DNA of 64,000 bases, taken from assembly GCA_963667845.2 (NCBI GenBank), contig CAXXVL010000002.1, forward strand, positions 2,560,001 to 2,624,000, written 5' to 3'. The position numbers and the translations under genes were made by a program. Shown here one piece after another: positions 49,303-59,969 of the stretch. The notes beneath the pieces were generated by a model, which did not search any database, was not told where the DNA came from, and worked only from the letters and a program-made list of their open reading frames with translations. Source of the DNA: Smithellaceae bacterium (GTDB lineage Bacteria > Desulfobacterota > Syntrophia > Syntrophales > Smithellaceae). How positions within the stretch are numbered: the first letter of the stretch is position 1; every line of letters starts with the position of its first letter.

Positions 49303-52300
49303 TGCTCGAAAAAATCATTGCCTATACGTTGAAGCAAAAAGGGATGGTGATTTTCCTTTCATTTTTAATCATTGCGGCAGGCGTTTATTCCTATTTTAAA
49401 TTGCCGATTGACGCTTTTCCGGACGTCACCAACATTCAGGTGGAAGTCATCAGCCACGCGGACGGATTATCAGCCATCGAGATTGAGCGAAATGTCACGT
49501 ATCCGATTGAAATGGCGATGCGCGGTTTGCCGGATATCGAACAAATGCGTTCGGTCACGAAGTTCGGTTTGTCCATTGTAACAATCGTTTTTAAAGATCA
49601 GGTGGATATTTATTTTGCGCGGCAGCTCGTCTTTGAACGGTTGGCCGAGGCCCGGGAGAATGTCCCTAAAGGCGTTGAAGTCGCCATGGGGCCCATCGGC
49701 ACGGCGATGGGAGAAATCTATCAGTACACGCTCGAAGGGAAAATGCCGAAAGATCCACAGCAAAAAATATCTTACCTGACGCAGCTTAGAACCCTGGAGG
49801 AATGGGTGGTTGCGCCGCAGTTGAAAAGCGTCGCCGGCGTCAATGAAATCAATTCTTACGGCGGTTACTTCAAGCAGTATCAGGTCATTGTATCGCCGGA
49901 GAAACTGGTGAAGCATGCCGTAACGGTGGACGCTGTTTATTCTGCTATCGGCAGCAATAATCAAAACGTGGGCGGCAATATCCTGGAGCGAAATGCGGAT
50001 GAATATATTGTTCGCGGCGTCGGGTTGATCCGAAGTATCGGGGACATCGAAAACATTGTCCTGAAATCCGAACGCGGAACACCGACCTGCATAAGAGATG
50101 TTGCCGAAGTGAAGATCGGCGAAGCCGTTCGGATGGGTGCGGCTATGAAGAACGGTCAGGATGAAGCGGTCGGCGGAATCGTCATGATGCTCAGAGGCGA
50201 AAACAGCCGTGACGTTGTTCGCCGTGTAGCCCAAAAAGTAAAGGAAATTAATGAGAACAATATGCTTCCGGACGGCGTCAGGATCATACCCTATTACGAC
50301 AGAAGTGATATTGTTAACGCGAGCGTTAATACGGTAACCAAAGCCCTGATTGAAGGCGCTATCCTGGTACTTGTCATATTATATCTATTATTGAGAAGCT
50401 TCCGGGGAAGTTTTATCGTGTTGATTGCCTTACCTCTCTCCCTGTTTATTACCTTTATCGTGATGAAGCTTGTCGGATTGAGCGCGAATTTGATGTCCCT
50501 CGGCGGAATCGCTATTTCCATTGGAATGATCCTGGACTCAACAATAATCCAGGTGGAAAACGTGCAGCGTCATTACGTTGAGAGGCAGAAAGATCAACAC
50601 CCGATTCTTACCGTCCTTAAGGCGGTCGTTGAGGTTCAGAAGCCCAGCATTTTTGGGGTCTTGATCATTGCCGTTACTTTTCTTCCGATTATCTCCATGG
50701 AGGGAATTGAAGGGAAGATGTTCGGGCCGCTTGCCGTAACGGTTGCGATAGCGCTCCTCGCATCCCTGTTTCTTTCCATCTTTATTGTTCCGGTTCTGTG
50801 CCTGCTGTTTCTGAAACCGCAGGCGCCTAAAGAGAGCATCATCATGAAGTATGCAAGGAAATTTTACTTGCCTCTTCTGGAATATGCCATGAATAAGAAA
50901 ACAATAGTCTTAAGCATTGCCGGACTGCTCCTGGTGATTTCTCTGTTTCTATTCACCAGATTGGGGACGGAGTTTATCCCAACCATGGATGAAGGCTCGT
51001 TTGATATGGATGTGGCGATGCTCCCAGGTGTTTCGCTGGCAACGGCAATGGATGTCAACCAGCGTGCTGCCCAAAAATTGAAGCAGTTTGACGAACTGGA
51101 TATCGTGGTATCGCGCACAGGGCAAACAGGCGTGGCCCTGGATACCAGGGGCACGGATAAAACCGGGTATGTCGGTATTTTTAAACCGCGAAGTGATTGG
51201 AAACGGTCTATTTCGAAGGAAGAACTAACCAATGAAATGCGCAAGTCATTGGAGTCGATAGCAGGAATCACTTTTGGGTTCAGCCAGCCGATCCAGTGCC
51301 GGATTGATGAACTCGTTGCCGGAACACGCGCACAACTGATCGTCAAGCTGTTTGGCGATGACATTGACGTGCTGAATGACAAGTCGGCTGAAATTGCGAA
51401 AGTTCTTTCGGCAATAAAGGGCGGGACCGACCTGGCTACGGAAAAGGTATCGGGTCAGCCGTATCTGACGATCAACATCGACCGGTCAAGAATGGCAAGG
51501 TATGGTTTGAATATCAGCGATGTTCAAAGTGTTATTGAAATAGCGGTTGCCGGGAAGTCCGCTTCTCAATTATATGAAGAGAACCGGAGCTTCGATATAA
51601 CCGTCCGCCTGCCGGAAGAAAAAAGAAATTCCCTCGATGCGATCAAAAACATCTTGGTCACCTCAAAATCAGGGATGAATATTCCCCTCGAACAGTTGGC
51701 CGATGTGAAAATGATCGAAGGCCCGGTTCAGATCAGCCGCCAGGACGGGATCAGAAGAATCGGGATCGAGATGAATATCAGCGGCAGAGATATCGGCGGT
51801 TTCGTTGCAGAAGCCAAACAAAGGATAAAAGAGCAGGTTAAGTTGCCCGCCGGTTATTATCTGACCTGGGGCGGGCAGTTTGAAAATCAGCAAAGAGCGA
51901 TGAACAGACTGATGATCATCGGTCCTGTTGCCATCGGACTGATTCTGCTTCTCCTTTATATCACCTTTCGATCGATCCGCTTGTCGCTCCTGGTCATTTC
52001 TAATCTGCCCTTTGCTCTGATCGGCGGTGTTTTTGCCCTCTTCATATCCGGACAATATCTGTCTGTGCCGGCATCCGTGGGTTTTATCGTTCTATTCGGC
52101 GTCGCTGTATTGAATGGCCTTGTGCTGGTATCACGCATTTCGCAATTGCGCGAAGACGGGCTTGAATTGCCGGAAGCCATCCGGAAGGGAAGTTTGGACA
52201 GATTGCGTCCGGTATTGATGACTGCATCCATCGCGGTCTTCAGTTTGATTCCCATGCTGGTTGCCGGCGGGACGGGTTCCGAAATTCAAAAACCGCTGGC

Positions 52301-52406
52301 GACAGTTGTGGTGGGGGGATTGATTACATCCACCCTGCTCACCCTGCTGATTATTCCGGCGGTTTATGGCTGGTTTGAAAAGCGAAAAGTTGCAGAGGAC
52401 ATGTAA
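49302..52406 (+). CDS. czcA: CusA/CzcA heavy-metal RND permease
   Basis: LPIDAFPDVTN.QV, SANLMSLGG, EGKMF.PLA, RLRPVLMTA, GSEIQKPLA. Confidence 0.93.
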   Translation: MLEKIIAYTLKQKGMVIFLSFLIIAAGVYSYFKLPIDAFPDVTNIQVEVISHADGLSAIEIERNVTYPIEMAMRGLPDIEQMRSVTKFGLSIVTIVFKDQVDIYFARQLVFERLAEARENVPKGVEVAMGPIGTAMGEIYQYTLEGKMPKDPQQKISYLTQLRTLEEWVVAPQLKSVAGVNEINSYGGYFKQYQVIVSPEKLVKHAVTVDAVYSAIGSNNQNVGGNILERNADEYIVRGVGLIRSIGDIENIVLKSERGTPTCIRDVAEVKIGEAVRMGAAMKNGQDEAVGGIVMMLRGENSRDVVRRVAQKVKEINENNMLPDGVRIIPYYDRSDIVNASVNTVTKALIEGAILVLVILYLLLRSFRGSFIVLIALPLSLFITFIVMKLVGLSANLMSLGGIAISIGMILDSTIIQVENVQRHYVERQKDQHPILTVLKAVVEVQKPSIFGVLIIAVTFLPIISMEGIEGKMFGPLAVTVAIALLASLFLSIFIVPVLCLLFLKPQAPKESIIMKYARKFYLPLLEYAMNKKTIVLSIAGLLLVISLFLFTRLGTEFIPTMDEGSFDMDVAMLPGVSLATAMDVNQRAAQKLKQFDELDIVVSRTGQTGVALDTRGTDKTGYVGIFKPRSDWKRSISKEELTNEMRKSLESIAGITFGFSQPIQCRIDELVAGTRAQLIVKLFGDDIDVLNDKSAEIAKVLSAIKGGTDLATEKVSGQPYLTINIDRSRMARYGLNISDVQSVIEIAVAGKSASQLYEENRSFDITVRLPEEKRNSLDAIKNILVTSKSGMNIPLEQLADVKMIEGPVQISRQDGIRRIGIEMNISGRDIGGFVAEAKQRIKEQVKLPAGYYLTWGGQFENQQRAMNRLMIIGPVAIGLILLLLYITFRSIRLSLLVISNLPFALIGGVFALFISGQYLSVPASVGFIVLFGVAVLNGLVLVSRISQLREDGLELPEAIRKGSLDRLRPVLMTASIAVFSLIPMLVAGGTGSEIQKPLATVVVGGLITSTLLTLLIIPAVYGWFEKRKVAEDM

Positions 52407-52626
52407 CTAACGATAGAAAACAATTCCCGCTCAATCTATGAGAAGGAATCCATGCAGGAACTTAAGGTCATCATCGGGCGGGCCATTTTGGATGTCGGCG
52501 GGCGATGATTTTAACCTTATTCCCCCGTCCATTCCGGAGCTCATTATTTATCCGGCCATTTTAATCGATCCGGCCCAATCGTGGTTTGAAGAACGCTTAA
52601 TCCGGCATGAGCAGAAAGGAATTGGG

Positions 52627-54762
52627 TCAGATGGCGGCGCGGCTGGTCGAGGAAACCCTTCTTTTGAGAATCGCCAGCGACCGGGTGGCTGCGGCCTTCA
52701 CTTTCTCGGGGTAGGTGCGCAGCTTGAGAAATGTCTTTGTCGATGCAATTTCCGAAAGCATGGCGATGGCATCCGGCGATCCGATGGTTCCCAGTGCCAT
52801 ACAAATTCTTTCTTCCAGAGTCGTTCTTGCCGCTGTGGTGATGAGCGGCCTGTTCTTAAGCAGGTCGATGAAAACCGGGACGGCGTCGACGGTTTTGCCC
52901 TGACCCAGGGCGTCTACAATGCTGGATTTAGAATTTTCATCGGCGAGAGATAATGCATCGAGCAGGATACGGCCCCTTTGACTGCCGCCGGTCCTGTAAA
53001 TGCTTTTAAGTGCCTCATGGCGCAGTTTGTCGTTTTCATGCGACAGGAGGGGTACAAGCGCCCGGGCGCTGTCTTCATTGCCGATTTGCCCCAGTAGATA
53101 AGCGACGTTTCTCAAGTAAAACCAGGGCGCCTCTTTAGAAATCCGTTTGACGATCAGGGGCAGGGCCTTTTCCCGCGCGGACCCGATCAGGTGTATGATT
53201 CGGACACGTTCGGCGCTGTCGGTTTTCGTCTTGAGTTCGTCGAGAAGATCTTCGACAGCTGTAGTGCCTAACGCCATAAAAAGCTGTCCGGTATCTTCCC
53301 GTATCTGATTTTCCGGCGAATCGATTTCATTAAGCAGGATGTCGATGTTGGCCGGAGAAGCCATCTCAGAGATTGCGTTTCGTGCAATTCCGATGATGGT
53401 TTCGTTTTTTTCGGTGTCGTCGGCAACGGTGCGGAAACCGACGGCATATTTCGCCGCTTCGGAAACCTGCCTTTGCGATAAGAGATCCTGAGCCGTCTTC
53501 TTCATTCCCGTCCAGAGTTTCTGATACTCTGGAGAAAAAACGGTCTCATATTTTATCCAGGCGATGAGCGGCAAAGAAAGTCTTTGAATGACTTCATTTT
53601 TTCGTTCGGCGGGGAGGTGCTCGATGATGTCGACCAGACTTCGGGCAGCGCTTAAACGGACGTCCGTGTTATCATTCAACAGATTAGCGGCCAGGCGTTC
53701 GAGGAGGTTGTCCATGACCTCCTGCTCTTTTTGAGCGACGAGCTGTTCGATGATCTTCGGCAGAACGGACATCAATTCCTCATTCAGCAGGGTCCGTGTA
53801 TCCTGCAGCCGGAGGCTGAATTTCTCGGCTACCTGCAGGAGTCTGCCTTTCGCACCGTTTTGCGTGTTGTCGGCTGATCCTTCATTTCCGGCTATGCCCA
53901 ATTTTTCGCGGGTCAGTTCGGTCATGAGGTACTGAAGAAGCAAACCGCCGAGCAGGGATTCCATGTGCTGCGTCGTCATTTGCTCGGTCATGACCGGGTC
54001 GGCCGCAAGCATCGCCTGACCGACGCGTTCGGAGAGGATGCTCCGGTTTTGGTCATCGAGTCCGACGGCAATCTTGTCGACGAGCGAGAGCATGCTGTTC
54101 AGGCTGTCCGAGAGTTGGACACCGGTCATCGTATCCTTTTGCGCCATGATTTTTGCCAAACCGGTTTTGAAGGCATCGGCCAGTGCCTCCGGGTTTGCGG
54201 CCATTTCCCTGAACTCGGGAGACGCCGGATCCATATCCGGATGGGCTATGGCAAAGAGGTTCGTGATCTGATCACCGGTGGCGTCGAGACCCGCCAGGAC
54301 TTGACGATCTTTGTCGATCGCCACGTAGACTTTCTGATCCAACAGAACGTGCACGACTTTCTGATTTGCGAGTTGCACGGCGAGGCCGCCGTCTGCCAGG
54401 ACGCTTTCCGCCCCCCGGGACAGAAGAACGACGAGGCGCTCCAGTTCGTCTCTTTCCAGTCCGCGGCAGAAGGTTAAGCTGCTGAGACCGAAGTTAAGCA
54501 GGACGTTGATGAGCGAAAGGGTGTGCGGTCTTTCCTGATCCTTTTGAGCGAGCGATTGGCCGTCGATGAGCAGGGCCTTTTCCGCTTCGGCAAAGACGAT
54601 CTGGTCGTCCTTGACGAGCAGGTCCGCCAGGGCTAAGTGAAGTTTTTCGATGGCTGTGGAAACGGATGCGCTGGCGATCGGATAAAGCCTCGCAATTTTA
54701 ACGGCAGTATTCAGCAGGGCAAGGGCATCAAGTGATCTGGCAAGGACGTCTTTATCCGCCAT
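52627..54762 (-). CDS. HEAT-repeat protein
   Basis: N-terminal RLYP domain; C-terminal helical repeats (PWFYLRNVAYLLGQIG, ICMALGTIG). Confidence 0.8.
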   Translation of the reverse strand: MADKDVLARSLDALALLNTAVKIARLYPIASASVSTAIEKLHLALADLLVKDDQIVFAEAEKALLIDGQSLAQKDQERPHTLSLINVLLNFGLSSLTFCRGLERDELERLVVLLSRGAESVLADGGLAVQLANQKVVHVLLDQKVYVAIDKDRQVLAGLDATGDQITNLFAIAHPDMDPASPEFREMAANPEALADAFKTGLAKIMAQKDTMTGVQLSDSLNSMLSLVDKIAVGLDDQNRSILSERVGQAMLAADPVMTEQMTTQHMESLLGGLLLQYLMTELTREKLGIAGNEGSADNTQNGAKGRLLQVAEKFSLRLQDTRTLLNEELMSVLPKIIEQLVAQKEQEVMDNLLERLAANLLNDNTDVRLSAARSLVDIIEHLPAERKNEVIQRLSLPLIAWIKYETVFSPEYQKLWTGMKKTAQDLLSQRQVSEAAKYAVGFRTVADDTEKNETIIGIARNAISEMASPANIDILLNEIDSPENQIREDTGQLFMALGTTAVEDLLDELKTKTDSAERVRIIHLIGSAREKALPLIVKRISKEAPWFYLRNVAYLLGQIGNEDSARALVPLLSHENDKLRHEALKSIYRTGGSQRGRILLDALSLADENSKSSIVDALGQGKTVDAVPVFIDLLKNRPLITTAARTTLEERICMALGTIGSPDAIAMLSEIASTKTFLKLRTYPEKVKAAATRSLAILKRRVSSTSRAAI

Positions 54763-54930
54763 CCATCTCCCCCGGCCTTCTCCGATCGTCATCGATTCCT
54801 GAAGGTTGACACCCCCGTCATCCGATCCTGAGAAGCCTCGTTAGTTTAAAGACATCATTATATTGAGGATTATCATAAGAGATGCGAAGATGAGAAGTCA
54901 AGGAGTTTATCGGCGCTCAAAAATAATTTC

Positions 54931-54959
54931 TTGACAAGTTGATATCCCTCGTTTATATA
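54931..54959 (+). promoter_or_regulatory. Sigma-70 promoter of the aro operon
   Basis: TTGACA-N17-TATATA. Confidence 0.65.
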
Positions 54960-54989
54960 AAACGGCAATTAAAAAGACGGGAATTTTCA

Positions 54990-55085
54990 ATGAACAGACA
55001 GATGAGTGCAAACAGTAATACTTTCGGCTTCTGGTTTTATTACTATTATGCATCGGTCTGCCTGTCGCGTTGGAGGACTTGGTAA
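54990..55085 (+). CDS. Attenuation leader peptide rich in Phe/Trp/Tyr (alternative start ATG 55002)
   Basis: MNRQMSANSNTFGFWFYYYYASVCLSRWRTW*: 3 Phe, 4 Tyr, 3 Trp directly upstream of the aromatic biosynthesis operon. Confidence 0.85.
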   Translation: MNRQMSANSNTFGFWFYYYYASVCLSRWRTW

Positions 55086-55103
55086 AGTAACAAAAACCAA
55101 AAC

Positions 55104-55184
55104 AGCCATGGGTAGATCGAAAGCGAGTTGCCCATGGCTTTTCAGTTTTAAAAGGCCATGGCGGCAAAAGCCATGGCCTTTTTT
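55104..55184 (+). terminator. Tandem attenuator hairpins
   Basis: AGCCATGGGTA...TGCCCATGGCTTTT (55104-55142) and AAAAGGCCATGGC...GCCATGGCCTTTTTT (55150-55184). Confidence 0.82.
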
Positions 55185-55201
55185 CATTGAAGGGGGAACC
55201 T

Positions 55202-56212
55202 ATGATTATTGTCATGAAGAGTCACGCAACAGATAAACAAATTGAGGATGTGATTCAATGGATTGAATCCGTTGGCTACAAGGCGCATCCCTCGAGCGGG
55301 GTGGAGCGCACCATTATCGGAGCGGTGGGCGACCAACGGGACAAAAATGTTCTGAGGTATGCGGAATCGCTGCCCGGGGTCGAAAAAACGATGCCGATCC
55401 TGAAGCCGTACAAGCTGGCCAGCCGCGAATCCCATGAGGGCGACACCGTGGTTAACGTCGGATCGATTGCCGTTGGCGGACCCGAGTTCGTCGTGATGGC
55501 TGGTCCCTGCGCCATTGAAAGTGAAGAGCAATTATTGGAGAGTGCTTATGTCGTAAAGAAAGGCGGCGGACAGATTTTGCGCGGCGGTGCTTTCAAACCG
55601 CGGACATCGCCATACAGCTTCCAGGGGATGGAAGAGGAAGGTCTCAAGGTCCTGGACCAGGTCAGTAAGAAGACCGGTCTGCCGACGGTGACGGAAGTCG
55701 TCAATCCGGCGGACGTTGATTTAGTGGAATCCTATGCCGACATGCTGCAAATCGGCGCGCGCAACGTCCAGAATTTTGCGCTTTTGAAAAAAGTCGGCCA
55801 GGCGCGCAAGCCTGTGCTGCTCAAACGCGGCATGATGACGACGATTGAAGAGCTCCTCATGTCGGCCGAATACATTTTGTCGTCCGGTAATCCCAACGTT
55901 ATTCTTTGCGAACGCGGCATCCGGACGTTCGAAACAGCCACCCGCAACACGCTGGACATCAGCGCCGTGCCGGTGCTCAAAGAGCTCACGCATCTGCCGG
56001 TGGTGGTTGATCCCAGCCATGCGGCCGGCAACTGGAAATATGTCATTCCGCTCGCCCGCGCCGCAGTGGCCGTGGGCGCGGACGGCATCATTGTGGAAGT
56101 GCATCCCCAGCCGGAAAAAGCGGTCTCCGACGGTGCTCAGTCTCTTAAACCGGAAAAATTCTATCAGCTGATGGACGACGTGCGGGCACTGGCCGGCGTT
56201 ATGCGCGCTTGA
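55202..56212 (+). CDS. aroF: DAHP synthase (type I-beta with N-terminal regulatory domain)
   Basis: [43 protein letters not shown]. Confidence 0.95.
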   Translation: MIIVMKSHATDKQIEDVIQWIESVGYKAHPSSGVERTIIGAVGDQRDKNVLRYAESLPGVEKTMPILKPYKLASRESHEGDTVVNVGSIAVGGPEFVVMAGPCAIESEEQLLESAYVVKKGGGQILRGGAFKPRTSPYSFQGMEEEGLKVLDQVSKKTGLPTVTEVVNPADVDLVESYADMLQIGARNVQNFALLKKVGQARKPVLLKRGMMTTIEELLMSAEYILSSGNPNVILCERGIRTFETATRNTLDISAVPVLKELTHLPVVVDPSHAAGNWKYVIPLARAAVAVGADGIIVEVHPQPEKAVSDGAQSLKPEKFYQLMDDVRALAGVMRA

Positions 56213-56227
56213 AACGACGGAGCTTTT

Positions 56228-57322
56228 ATGAGAACACTGAAAGTCAATCTTGATAAAAAAACGATGTCGTCCCATGATATTCGTATCGGGAGGAATATTC
56301 TGGATCGGGTGGTCCTTTTGATTGCCAAAAACCACAAAGCGGCGCGCTACGTGATTGTGACCGACAGCAATGTGAATCCGATTTACGGACACAATCTGCA
56401 AGGTGCCATGACCGAGGCCGGTTTGAAGGCGGCCGTCCTGGAAATTCCTGCCGGAGAGACCTCCAAGACTATGTCCACGGTCATGGAGATTGCCGGCAGA
56501 CTCCTGGATCTCGGCGCCGATCGGGGAACGCTGCTTATTGCTCTGGGTGGCGGTGTCGTAGGCGACTTGACGGGCTTTATCGCGTCGGTGTATATGCGAT
56601 CCGTTCCCTACATTCAGATACCGACCACACTCATCGGTCAGGTGGACAGCGCCATCGGCGGAAAAACGGCGGTGGACCTGCCCTGGGGGAAGAATCTGCT
56701 GGGAACGTTTTACCAGCCGCGGGCGGTGTTTATCGATTTGGATTATCTCAAGACGCTGCCTCCGAAAGAATACAGTAACGGCCTGGCTGAAATCATCAAA
56801 TACGGCATGATCGAAGACGACAAGATGTTCAAGTTTCTGGAAGAGAACATGGAAGAGGTCAAAAACCGCGATGCCGGCCACCTGTTGAAGATCGTCGAAA
56901 CGTGCTGCCGCATCAAGAAGTCGATTGTGGAAATCGACGAACACGAACAGGGACTCAGGCGCATTCTCAATTTCGGCCATACGCTGGGGCATGCCCTGGA
57001 AGCCGTGTCGGACTATACGTTGTCGCACGGCGAAGGTGTGGCGTTGGGCATGATCGGTGCGGCCAAGCTCTCGGCGAAGATGCGCTATCTTCCGGACAAT
57101 GATCTGGCCCGTCTGGAGAAGGTTATTGCTGCGGCGGGACTGCCGACGCGGATCGGCGCCGGTCTGGCTTTGCAAACGGTTATCGAACGCCTGAAAATGG
57201 ATAAGAAAAAAAAGGATGATGTCGTCCATTTCGTTCTGGTCAAGAAAATAGGCCTGCCTTTTGTCAACGGCAGCATCAGCGATCCGATGATTGCCGAGGT
57301 TCTGGAGGAAATGAAAGCATGA
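56228..57322 (+). CDS. aroB: 3-dehydroquinate synthase
   Basis: ALGGGVVGDL.GF, PTTL..VDSAIGGKT, LNFGHTLGHA. Confidence 0.95.
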   Translation: MRTLKVNLDKKTMSSHDIRIGRNILDRVVLLIAKNHKAARYVIVTDSNVNPIYGHNLQGAMTEAGLKAAVLEIPAGETSKTMSTVMEIAGRLLDLGADRGTLLIALGGGVVGDLTGFIASVYMRSVPYIQIPTTLIGQVDSAIGGKTAVDLPWGKNLLGTFYQPRAVFIDLDYLKTLPPKEYSNGLAEIIKYGMIEDDKMFKFLEENMEEVKNRDAGHLLKIVETCCRIKKSIVEIDEHEQGLRRILNFGHTLGHALEAVSDYTLSHGEGVALGMIGAAKLSAKMRYLPDNDLARLEKVIAAAGLPTRIGAGLALQTVIERLKMDKKKKDDVVHFVLVKKIGLPFVNGSISDPMIAEVLEEMKA

Positions 57323-58404
57323 AACTGTCTCTGGACAAATTGAGAGAGGACATGAGAAAAAAAGACCGCGAGATTATCAAGCTGCTCAACGATCGCTCCC
57401 GGATCTCCGTCGAAATCGGTCAGGTCAAGGGACAGACGGGACTGGAGGTATACAATCCGGCGCAGGAAGCACGCGTCCTGAATTATCTGCATGATCTCAA
57501 TGAGGGTCCGTTGTCGGACCGCCAGATAACGTCGATATACCGGGAGGTCATCTCCGCGTCGCGCGACCTGCAAAAACCCATGAACGTTGCCTATCTGGGA
57601 CCGGAGGCTTCTTTTTCGCATCAGGCCGCCCGATTGCACTTTGGTTCATCCAGCCGCTTCTGGCCGCAGCCGGGGATTGCCCGTGTTTTCGATGAAGTGG
57701 AGAAAGGCTCCGTGGAGTGGGGTGTCGTTCCCGTAGAAAATTCGCTGGAAGGATCGGTGAATGTTACGCTGGACCGGCTGGTGCTGACCCCCTTGAAAAT
57801 TCAGGCGGAGATGTATCTGCGCATCAGCCAGTGTCTGATTTCGCAGGCGAAAAGTTTGAAGGGCATTAAAAATGTTTATTCGCATCCGCAGGGGCTGGCC
57901 CAGTGTCAGGCCTGGCTGCGCGCCCATCTGCCCAATGCAGTTTTGGGAGAGATGGAAAGTACGGCGGCGGCCGTGCAGATGGTCCGGGGAAAGAAAGCCG
58001 CCGCGGCGATCGGGAGCGCTCTGGCGGCGTCCACCTACGGGATGAATATGCTGGCGGAGGGCATTGAAGACAATCCGTCCAACACGACCCGTTTTCTGGT
58101 GATCGGAGCTGGAGCAGGAGAAGGAGACGCCACAGGCAATGACAAGACGTCGATCATTTTTGCGACGCCGGATGTGCCGGGATCGCTGCATCGCGCGTTG
58201 GATGCCTTTGCGAAGCGCAAAATCAATCTGGCCAAAATCGAATCGCATCCTGTGAAGGGAAAAATGTGGGAGTATCTTTTCTTTGTCGACATGATCGGGC
58301 ATATTTATGACAGGCCCGTGAAGGATTCCCTGCGGGAACTGAAAGACAAGACCGTATTTATGAAAATACTGGGCTCTTATCCGCGGGCCAAGGACGGACT
58401 ATGA
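57319..58404 (+). CDS. pheA: Chorismate mutase/prephenate dehydratase
   Basis: N-terminal CM domain, AYLGPE.SFS, PVENSLEG, SHPQ, NTTRF, ACT domain IESHP. Confidence 0.95.
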   Translation: MKLSLDKLREDMRKKDREIIKLLNDRSRISVEIGQVKGQTGLEVYNPAQEARVLNYLHDLNEGPLSDRQITSIYREVISASRDLQKPMNVAYLGPEASFSHQAARLHFGSSSRFWPQPGIARVFDEVEKGSVEWGVVPVENSLEGSVNVTLDRLVLTPLKIQAEMYLRISQCLISQAKSLKGIKNVYSHPQGLAQCQAWLRAHLPNAVLGEMESTAAAVQMVRGKKAAAAIGSALAASTYGMNMLAEGIEDNPSNTTRFLVIGAGAGEGDATGNDKTSIIFATPDVPGSLHRALDAFAKRKINLAKIESHPVKGKMWEYLFFVDMIGHIYDRPVKDSLRELKDKTVFMKILGSYPRAKDGL

Positions 58405-59969
58405 TTTGCATACCTATTACGGACCGCTCACATCAGGAAGCGCTCCGTTCCATCGGCAGAAGCGTGCCGGTGGCGGACGCCATCGAGCTGCGCATGGATT
58501 TGATTGCCGATGCGAATCTGGCCCAGTTGATTGCCGCCGCCCGCGACGCCTCCGAGCGCATTAAAATTATTGTGACCTGCCGCAGGCCCGAGGAAGCCCT
58601 CCTGCCCGCAGACGGCGCGACTGCCCGACGGAAGTCTCCGTGCTCGGCAAAGGACAAGATTGAGTTGCTGAAACAAGCCATCGCGCATGGCGCGGATTTT
58701 ATTGATATCGAACTTGCCTGCGGGGAAAAGATGATTCGGCAACTGCAATCTTTTTGCAGGCGGCGCAAAAGTGCCACACGGTTGATCGTCTCCTGGCACG
58801 ATATCTCCGGGACGCCTTCACTTCCCAAATTGAAAGAAATCTTTCGAGCCTGCGTAGCAGCCGGCGCCGATGTTGTTAAGGTTGTTCCGTATGCCAGGAA
58901 TTTGACCGATAACTTGAAAGTGCTGAGCCTGATTGTTTACGCCGGGGAACAAAATCAGGAAATTATCGCCATGTGCATGGGCGAGCTGGGGCAAATCAGC
59001 CGGGCGATGGCGCCGCTTTGGGGAAGCTGCCTTAGCTTTGCCGTTTTACCCGGCGGAAAAAAATCAGCGCCCGGTCAGTTGACGGTGTATGCCATGAGAG
59101 AAATCCAGCATCTGCTGCAGCATCAGGAGCGATGTCCGCAGTCTTCGCTTTCGCCGCCGGGAGCTGCGAACTTTGTCCTTCTGGGGAATCCCGTCCGGCA
59201 AAGCCTCTCACCCCTCATGCACAACAAGGCGCTGGGGGCGATGCAGATCGATGGAAACTACAGCGCGTTTTGCGTGAGCGATCTGGCCGCGGCCGTGGCC
59301 GGAATCCGGGGCATGAATATCCGGGGGGCATCCGTCACGATTCCGTTTAAGACCGAGGTTATGGAATATCTCGATGAAATTGATGCGGATGCCGCCGCCC
59401 TCGGGGCGGTCAACACGATTGTCAATGACCGGGGAAGGCTTGCCGGTTACAACACGGATTGGCTGGGGTTGATGGAGGCGCTGGAAGACGGGATCGGCAT
59501 TGCGGGGAAAACATTTGTGATCATCGGCGCAGGCGGCACGGCGCGCGCGGCGGCCTATGGCATCCGGAAGAAAGGCGGCAGGCTTTCCATTGTCAACCGG
59601 ACACCGGAGACCGGAAAGGCGCTGGCCCGGGCGTTTGATTGCCCGTTTTATCCACTTTCGGCCATGGACAAAATCAAAGCGCAAGTTCTCATTAACACGA
59701 CGTCCGTCGGCATGTATCCGAATGTCCATCAATCGGCGGTTGCCGCATCTGTACTCTCCAATTACCGGGCGGTGGTGGATGTGATCTATAATCCCCTGAA
59801 GACGAAACTGCTCCGGGATGCCGAAGCGCAGGGCTGCCGGGTCGTGTCCGGTCTGGAGATGTTTGTGCGTCAGGGCGCCTCGCAGTTAAAATTATGGACG
59901 GGAAAAGATGCGCCGCTCGGGCTCATGAGGAAGACCGTCCGGGAAAGGTTGGAGCTGCTTGAAACATAA
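58401..59969 (+). CDS. aroDE: Bifunctional type I dehydroquinate dehydratase / shikimate dehydrogenase
   Basis: IELRMD, SWHD, MG..GQISR, SAPGQ; then SLSPLMHN, VTIPFK, GAVNT, NTDW.G, GAGG.ARA. Confidence 0.92.
   Translation: MICIPITDRSHQEALRSIGRSVPVADAIELRMDLIADANLAQLIAAARDASERIKIIVTCRRPEEALLPADGATARRKSPCSAKDKIELLKQAIAHGADFIDIELACGEKMIRQLQSFCRRRKSATRLIVSWHDISGTPSLPKLKEIFRACVAAGADVVKVVPYARNLTDNLKVLSLIVYAGEQNQEIIAMCMGELGQISRAMAPLWGSCLSFAVLPGGKKSAPGQLTVYAMREIQHLLQHQERCPQSSLSPPGAANFVLLGNPVRQSLSPLMHNKALGAMQIDGNYSAFCVSDLAAAVAGIRGMNIRGASVTIPFKTEVMEYLDEIDADAAALGAVNTIVNDRGRLAGYNTDWLGLMEALEDGIGIAGKTFVIIGAGGTARAAAYGIRKKGGRLSIVNRTPETGKALARAFDCPFYPLSAMDKIKAQVLINTTSVGMYPNVHQSAVAASVLSNYRAVVDVIYNPLKTKLLRDAEAQGCRVVSGLEMFVRQGASQLKLWTGKDAPLGLMRKTVRERLELLET

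Noticed and set aside
55006..55236. 76-aa ORF upstream of aroF
   Set aside because: Wrong frame; it runs through the terminators. The aromatic-rich leader is in another frame.
55721..57229. 502-aa minus-strand ORF
   Set aside because: Antisense shadow of aroF/aroB; other long overlapping antisense ORFs were rejected for the same reason.
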